Made by a program: the position numbers and the translations under genes | Virus record (IMG/VR): IMGVR_UViG_3300046779_001754 | Location: 1-64,000 of that record | From: a virus | Strand: one strand, 5' to 3' | DNA length: 64,000 nt | Shown here: piece by piece, positions 59,501-64,000 of the stretch | How the letters are laid out: every line of letters begins with the position of its first letter | How positions within the stretch are numbered: position 1 is the first letter of the stretch | The notes under the pieces: model-generated | Seen by the model: the letters and a program-made list of their open reading frames with translations, nothing else | The model's database searches: none | Told to the model about the DNA's origin: nothing

Positions 59501-62500
59501 CCATCACTGACGGTGGGAATTGCAATGACCCGTTTACTGTAAATGTTGGATTTAAAATCAAATCTGAAGTAACAGTAAACTTTTGAATATTTCTATTAAA
59601 TGTATATGCAGTACCTGCACGTGATGTTCCATCAACTTGTTCGTAAGGACAACCAACAATAACTTCACTACCGTCTGCATTAGTAGCCACTGAGAAACCA
59701 AATTTTGCATTTTGCGCAAGACCACTCACCGACAACTTACCAGCGTATGCATAGTAAGTTCCGGCCGCAGCAAAAATTTCAGCACCGGCTGGGGGAGAGT
59801 TTACAAATACAAGATCATAATCACCTAGAGTACTGTCTGGTAAGCTACTGTCAGACTCTTCCCACTCATAATCAATCTTGGGACGTTGAATAGTACCATT
59901 TACAGTCACAGTAAATGAGTTAATGTTTTGAGCAGTGTATAGATATTGTTGAATAGGAAATCGATCTTGTATTGAAGGTCGAGATCCCGAAACACTAAAC
60001 TCAGTAATTCCGCCAGCAAATGTTGTGTCGTCAACAGTGATATAACAGTTGTCAGTGGGAGTGCTTCCGCCAATTTGAGCACCATAGATAGTTATAACTT
60101 CACCAACGCTAAAATTAAATCCTGGATTCGCTATAGTTGCCGAATACACACCGCGTGTCACATCAATATTGAATTTTGCACTTTCGCCAACTCCGGTCAC
60201 ATGCCCTGGAGGAACGTCCAAATATTGATAGAAATCTAACTGTACCAGTTGACGTCGGTTGATGTAAATGGTTTGATTGGGCCCGGTGAGAGCAGTAAAC
60301 TGGATGTATGAAAGCGTTGCTGTGTAATCAACACCTAGTCTCTGTGGACGATTTTCAATGTAAACATCAAGTTGATCTATTGAATCATACTGAATGCCAG
60401 CTGTACTGTATCTTAGAGTTTGCCCATCTGTACTGTATGTAATAACTTGTGTGGGCACCGGAACTTGTCCGTAGGCATAAACTGCGTTGCTGCCGGGAGC
60501 ACCAACATATAACCAACGCTCATCGGAGCTCATTGCAACACTTCGACCAAAGTCAGCAGGACCTGGTTGATCTAGAGCAATCAACAGTTGAGTATTTTCA
60601 AACGCTTGCAATTCACCGTTGTAGGTAAGAATCGCAGTGTATCCCACAGATCCAAAACTTGTTGGAGCACCAACTGCACCGTAAGTATTCTTACCAATAG
60701 CCAACGACAGTCCATAGCCACTGACAGCAGATGCATTCAAACTCAATGTTGAACCTTCGGCAAATAGACCTAAACTGTTTAGTGCATATTGATAAATGAT
60801 ACCTGTGCTGATGTATGGAGCGGCAGCTAGAACAATGGTGTTGTTGTTTGTTTGTGCAATAGACTCAGTCCAATAGGCATTTGCTGTTCTGGTTGGCAAC
60901 AAGAACTGGTTAAACACCCATGGTTCAGTTTTTTCTAATACTATCCATTGCCCGTCTGAATTTTTATCAATCCATAATAAACTACCAACATTTAGATTGT
61001 CAATGAACGGTAAATTTTTCGCATCACTGGCTTGGCTGACTCTTGAACTTTGTAAAATTAATCCCACACCCTGGCCAACGATGTTAGTAACTGCCTGACC
61101 CACAAATTGGTAGGCAATTGTTATGGTATTGATTGATGGAACTGTGATAACTTTATAAACGCCATTGATCGCTGCATCAAAGAATTTGATGATAATAGTG
61201 TCATTGACTTCTAATTTATGCTGAGTACTGAATGTGACAATGCTGGTTCCATCAAGATTGTCAGCAACTTCTGCAATGTATCCTGGAATATGATTGCATC
61301 GAAAAACTCCCCAATCATAGTCATTTATTTTTGCAATCCAAATATATGTACCAACGCCAATTGCTCCAAGATTAGCATTGATATTGGCACCGTCATTGAT
61401 GTCAAATACCGTGACGTCAACGTCATTTAAATTAACGTAACCAGCACTGGGTAAGTTGACATCAGTGATTTCATGCGGATCAATAGTTGGAAGAATGTTA
61501 GGTGTAGTGATCTTGTAACTTTCTCTCCATAGATCATCAATTAACACGGTCTGATCAGCTTGAGAAAATTCAAAAGGCACAATGACTTGCACAGTACTGG
61601 GGTTTGATGTCAACAATGCTTGATTTAATCGGACATCAAAGAAACTTCGGTTTGCCTGTGCTCCATAAGTTCCTTTGAGCACAGCCCAGTTTTCATAGAC
61701 AACGTAGTCTGCTGCAACGTTTTCAAAGTTTGCGTTACCAAACAAGTCAATACTGTATTTGGTACCTTTGGTACCTAGAAACTGTTGATAGACATTAACC
61801 TGGCTGGCATCACTGAGATTCAACGCAGTCATGTACTCCCTTGGACGGAAACCAATTAGTCCATAACTCAATAGATCTTGATCTCGCTCAAGGTTGGCAG
61901 TGATAATATCATATGACTGACGAATTTGATTGGCTTTGTTGGCAATATTAGGCAACAGGCCTTTTTGTATTTTATTATAGTCACTGATTAACCAATCGTT
62001 GAAATCAAATTCAGCTTTGGGTTGGACAATGTCGGCTGCGCTATAGTAAACATTCTTAAACAGTACAATTTGTCCACGAGTATACTTGACGTTTGGTGAC
62101 CATTCTTCAATATTGTTTTGATTTAAAATAAAGCCTTGTGCATCTAGCTGTCCGTTCCAGTCATCTGTGGTAGCAGCAATCATCAACAGTCGACCTTGAC
62201 GAGCAGCAGTAATTGGATCATAAATTAAATCACCAAACACACTGACATTTTTAAAAACTATGATATGCTCGTAAGCAGTGAACTTGAGATCAATTGAGTT
62301 AATAGTTTGTTCGTTTTGACTTACAATTTTAAACGAATTGTCAAATCTATCAACCACAAGATCTTGCACGTAAATTCTACGACGATTTTGATCTTGAATA
62401 ATAGTTGCTGCGCCACGATCAACAATGCTGTCTACCACAGCATCAGGACGTGTGACCATTAATGTACGTGCTGTTGGGTTAAGATTCACAATACTACCTG

Positions 62501-64000
62501 ATCCCCAACCCTGTGCGCTCCAATACAAAAATTCCTGCGCCATTTGACGCCAGCTTAGAATCATTCCGTTTTCTACGTCGTCAAACACCATGCCACGGCG
62601 AGCAAGTAATTGGCCATAGCTTATGATAAAATCGCATACCGCAGTTTCATTTGAAAACACATAGCCGTAAGGAACTTGTACTATATCGTTGGTATATGTA
62701 ATAGGAACTGTGGCAGATTTGCCACCGGCATAGATTGTTTCTTTTAGACCCGCAGGTTGGCTGATTAATATTTCAAAATATGGACGTTGAACTCCGTAGC
62801 CAAACACGCTATAACCATCATTGACTTTTTGTACAATAATTGAACTGTAAAGTATCTCGCTAAATGGTTGGTTCTTGTATAAGAACAAGTCATAGCCATC
62901 ATCAGGCAGCAACAGACTGGTGTTGACACTATTTGGACTTGGTTTCTCTATGTACATTTTTATGTACTTTTTGTCTGAGAAACTAGCCATACGATATGCC
63001 AGTTGAACGCCAATGGTTTTTAAATTTGCAGCCAATACAGTTGGTGTTTGAGTATTGCCCAGGTATGTGTTGTAATCAACAATCCAGTTAATAAAGCTGG
63101 CTTTGCTTTGGCCTTGTCCGTAGATTTGAATATTGTTGGCATCAACTCTATAACGACCGTTGTATAGATATTGATCTAATTCAGCATCGTACTTGTAGAG
63201 GTCTCGGTCAACAAACAGCGAAAAGAATTCTGCTGGTCGAGTCAAGGCCATTAAACGCATTATGGCAAACGGATAACTTGAGCTGGTTCTCCAGGCGTTT
63301 TCAACTGGACCATCATCGCCAAACTTCCAACTGCGTTGGAATGTGCTAGGAGAATACAAACCCACCACACTGTCAAGTGGCGACACCAAGTTTCCATGCG
63401 CATCCACTGGCAACACTTGTGTGAGTTCGGGTCTAGCGTATTCAGGTAAAATGTATGCACCGGCTGGATCGGCTACACGTCCTAGACTTAGATCATCCCA
63501 TAATACCATGTTACCTGACGTATAAGGTGGAAGACCGTAACGTGATTCCCACCAGTCTGGTTGTGCGGTAAATCCAAGCATCTCCCAAGGAGCCTGAGCT
63601 GGATTATAAGTATCATAGAAGTAGTTGTATATGCCGCGCCAGGCGCCCAGCAATGGTTGCCCGGTTAACTTATTTGAACTCTGACTATAGTTGTAGGTGT
63701 ATGGATTTGACGCAATATATTCCTGAGCAGCATAGTCAATCTTATTGGTTGCAACCCACGTTAGAAAATCAGCTGACAGGATACCATTAACTTCAGCAAG
63801 ACTGTATTCAGTTGTACGGAACTGTCCAGGGATGATGTCAGTGACCTTGATTGGTATTTCACTGTGTACTTTTAAATTATCGTAAATTCTTGTTTCAAAT
63901 TCTAATAGAATATCGTCGCGAATATCGTTGAATGCCACAGTGATGCTGCCGTCGTGACCACGTATAACTGTAGTTGGCTCAATATAGGTTTCGTCAACAT
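53577..64000 (-). CDS. giant virion protein (baseplate/tail; >3450 aa, 5'-truncated)
   Basis: Frame open to the window end; FG-GAP-like repeats, W.P...Y..G..V repeats, EVKPYH baseplate-like motif. Confidence 0.8.
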   Translation of the reverse strand, partial: VDETYIEPTTVIRGHDGSITVAFNDIRDDILLEFETRIYDNLKVHSEIPIKVTDIIPGQFRTTEYSLAEVNGILSADFLTWVATNKIDYAAQEYIASNPYTYNYSQSSNKLTGQPLLGAWRGIYNYFYDTYNPAQAPWEMLGFTAQPDWWESRYGLPPYTSGNMVLWDDLSLGRVADPAGAYILPEYARPELTQVLPVDAHGNLVSPLDSVVGLYSPSTFQRSWKFGDDGPVENAWRTSSSYPFAIMRLMALTRPAEFFSLFVDRDLYKYDAELDQYLYNGRYRVDANNIQIYGQGQSKASFINWIVDYNTYLGNTQTPTVLAANLKTIGVQLAYRMASFSDKKYIKMYIEKPSPNSVNTSLLLPDDGYDLFLYKNQPFSEILYSSIIVQKVNDGYSVFGYGVQRPYFEILISQPAGLKETIYAGGKSATVPITYTNDIVQVPYGYVFSNETAVCDFIISYGQLLARRGMVFDDVENGMILSWRQMAQEFLYWSAQGWGSGSIVNLNPTARTLMVTRPDAVVDSIVDRGAATIIQDQNRRRIYVQDLVVDRFDNSFKIVSQNEQTINSIDLKFTAYEHIIVFKNVSVFGDLIYDPITAARQGRLLMIAATTDDWNGQLDAQGFILNQNNIEEWSPNVKYTRGQIVLFKNVYYSAADIVQPKAEFDFNDWLISDYNKIQKGLLPNIANKANQIRQSYDIITANLERDQDLLSYGLIGFRPREYMTALNLSDASQVNVYQQFLGTKGTKYSIDLFGNANFENVAADYVVYENWAVLKGTYGAQANRSFFDVRLNQALLTSNPSTVQVIVPFEFSQADQTVLIDDLWRESYKITTPNILPTIDPHEITDVNLPSAGYVNLNDVDVTVFDINDGANINANLGAIGVGTYIWIAKINDYDWGVFRCNHIPGYIAEVADNLDGTSIVTFSTQHKLEVNDTIIIKFFDAAINGVYKVITVPSINTITIAYQFVGQAVTNIVGQGVGLILQSSRVSQASDAKNLPFIDNLNVGSLLWIDKNSDGQWIVLEKTEPWVFNQFLLPTRTANAYWTESIAQTNNNTIVLAAAPYISTGIIYQYALNSLGLFAEGSTLSLNASAVSGYGLSLAIGKNTYGAVGAPTSFGSVGYTAILTYNGELQAFENTQLLIALDQPGPADFGRSVAMSSDERWLYVGAPGSNAVYAYGQVPVPTQVITYSTDGQTLRYSTAGIQYDSIDQLDVYIENRPQRLGVDYTATLSYIQFTALTGPNQTIYINRRQLVQLDFYQYLDVPPGHVTGVGESAKFNIDVTRGVYSATIANPGFNFSVGEVITIYGAQIGGSTPTDNCYITVDDTTFAGGITEFSVSGSRPSIQDRFPIQQYLYTAQNINSFTVTVNGTIQRPKIDYEWEESDSSLPDSTLGDYDLVFVNSPPAGAEIFAAAGTYYAYAGKLSVSGLAQNAKFGFSVATNADGSEVIVGCPYEQVDGTSRAGTAYTFNRNIQKFTVTSDLILNPTFTVNGSLQFPPSVMVNNQYLYNTAQWGTSIPNTFTVNYVGNPWTASSITINQPLTLGEIVTIETNIFAQTDKIIPSTASENGFFGNAVSYGLFDCAAIVGAPGAQVTNPQQGIVDIAVDQARLYGTISSTLHPSSFTAGCTININGYEVAVPVSPNNTPSGLVDAINSAGIPNVIAASSASTGLITIDLINKQAATPYQKLFVKPGAIGTGANSVYDLLGFEPYQSIETLISPYNTDGAQFGSSITTKGLELIIGAPYGTPHVIDTFDAGDTTFDAGSTGFYDDIPRSGVVYQYDYLPASNESSINPGAYVYGEQIYYSAAQSNYLFGKSVNYTGTSLIVGAPGTPFDTSVNNNGSLSVFWNYNDSPAWAIKHFEEPAVNIYALNSVTLYDRLQSAKTTFLDFFDPLQGKILGAARQNIDYITTYDPAGYNNGSINNQGNSWGASRVGQMWWDTTTVRFVEPGQDDIVYASRRWGQVFPGSSVDIYQWIESNVPPANYTGPGTPYSIVSYSVGSSINASGAFITSYYFWVRGITTVNTAANKTLSAESVGRYIESPIASGIPFMAPITSSCFAIYNCESFLSAYDTIVHIEFDRQINDDNIHTEFQLLAQGRAGSFLTPTLYRKLQDSFCGVDTQGSPVPDPNLSPAERYGVQFRPRQSMFTNRFTALENYITRTNNIISLYPIAESRTLTLLNSEDPIPAPAGNYNEVVANLEELSWQNIVIVPVGYKYLVLSDSNNNGRWTIYEVQANTLGIHILVLIKVQSYVTKEYWTYIDWYSPGFNRTTAPSVQVASYAELITLVVPVGTVGRVISNSQGKWELYQLDSTGWQRVGLQDGTIQISSGIWNYAAGKLGFDGEVFDAQYFDQTPQIETRKIIQSINEELLIDDLLIERNTLMTLMFNYILTEQLAPQWLLKTSLIDVEHTIRELLPYPIYRRDNQDFVLDYLNEVKPYHVQIREFNLKYNGFDDFAGDISDFDVPAYYDAELSPPQYVSPILATTITEPSDRLSNNIIWQTTPWNQWYQNYTLFVEQIVVTSGGSGYTSVPTVNIIGDAARTATAVARIDSAGTVIEVVVIDAGAGYITTPTVTITGGNGTGARATIYMTNGLVRSITTTIKFDRCEYNTNIVEWEPNITFDNGQLVRFGDKIWAANSPDSTGVNTPTFDPIDWVLVPIGDLSGVDRTMGYYVAGVNQPGRELPLLIDGVDYPGVQVAGVPFEYDTGYDHGPFDVTPWDNIEFGAEGRPTYSDTILNAQYESSFLDVYLGTRASDVIVDGGAFVDTYSSHAPQELVPGQEFDTLDMRVYTRPGSDWSGFGFGFTILQLRAEWNPLNPVIDWSNIGRPLHYLEIYPSAVEVSNATQARDLIPDIDFTVDWVNRTVLVYNNVAPNDIIVITVYQVGGGNQLLQANYNGADIGLEVEIDVAYAEIYELVMFVNGELLQAGTDYTYVQGISPATTIIRFNVILTSNDALTLTAMGFETPQHSWSLPVTQYIVVPPVTGFSAQLTYTLDNSMMGSNIDNAWVEVNGRTLRPSQGILWSGDGSSAEFLMPERGGFSQGLIADNEVHVYVNDVAQVLGSDFVVVPWDGFSPRTILLSYVPAVNDNVLVCVNTRADYVIAFNGTDYDITFRPSLSFGLQPGDIIAVTTWNDTSEQNIVQRVWVGPVSVGGVDFEAYDEFPFDFGSVPSAPGSYDYSEGITISYNDFDLYRGNQNPYRMIVTWNGRRLFNGLHYTILESNYTSYISLNFTIGPLDVVVATLFTGSVVPPAMAFRIFQDMRGVQATYRILPTTTTRLREFLAYDDDIVQVANALACGEPNLSQNAWGVVTIGGERIMYRYRDIENNTLSGLLRGTAGTAAADHQVNDEVISMGRESILEQGYEDTFVHTNTVANGSNVVFEAPNVNITDIDSTEYTEALRVLIGGIPVPPTQYILNSPNPVRITFYEPPKQGVIVTIGVLRSLSWYDPGPNTPSDGIPLQEQINPAAFFLRGVV

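Overview
This window is a 64-kb segment of a large (jumbo/huge-type) tailed phage, not a bacterial chromosome. It is gene-dense, has interspersed CCA-ended tRNAs, sigma70-like and TAAATA (late-type) promoters, ThyX, a MoxR/VWA pair and very large virion proteins. The host-derived genes look betaproteobacterial (Burkholderiales-like; inference). 1-17.6 kb: 13 tRNAs, a circularly permuted tmRNA and host-type stress/metabolic genes (dnaK, groES/EL, pstS, porin, plcP-like, ahpC-cytochrome c-ahpD, pqqA, rpoZ-like, ahcY), several with recognisable cis-elements (ROSE-like RNA thermometers, Pho boxes, an OxyR-like box). 17.9-25 kb: early-gene cassettes, MoxR/VWA and thyX. 25-50.3 kb: a ~25-kb modification cluster (5 twitch-domain radical SAM enzymes, 5 GT10-like and several GT-A-like proteins, 2 epimerases, aminotransferase, deacetylase, amidinotransferase, carbamoyltransferase, 2 SGNH-like proteins). 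50.4-64 kb: tail/baseplate genes. Top leads: (1) an amber-suppressor tRNA(CUA) apparently co-transcribed with a gene whose third codon is TAG; (2) ROSE-like thermometers on phage dnaK and groES; (3) a Pho-box-controlled phospholipid-remodelling module; (4) the radical-SAM/glycosyltransferase cluster next to the tail genes. All calls come from reading motifs by eye; no database searches were run.
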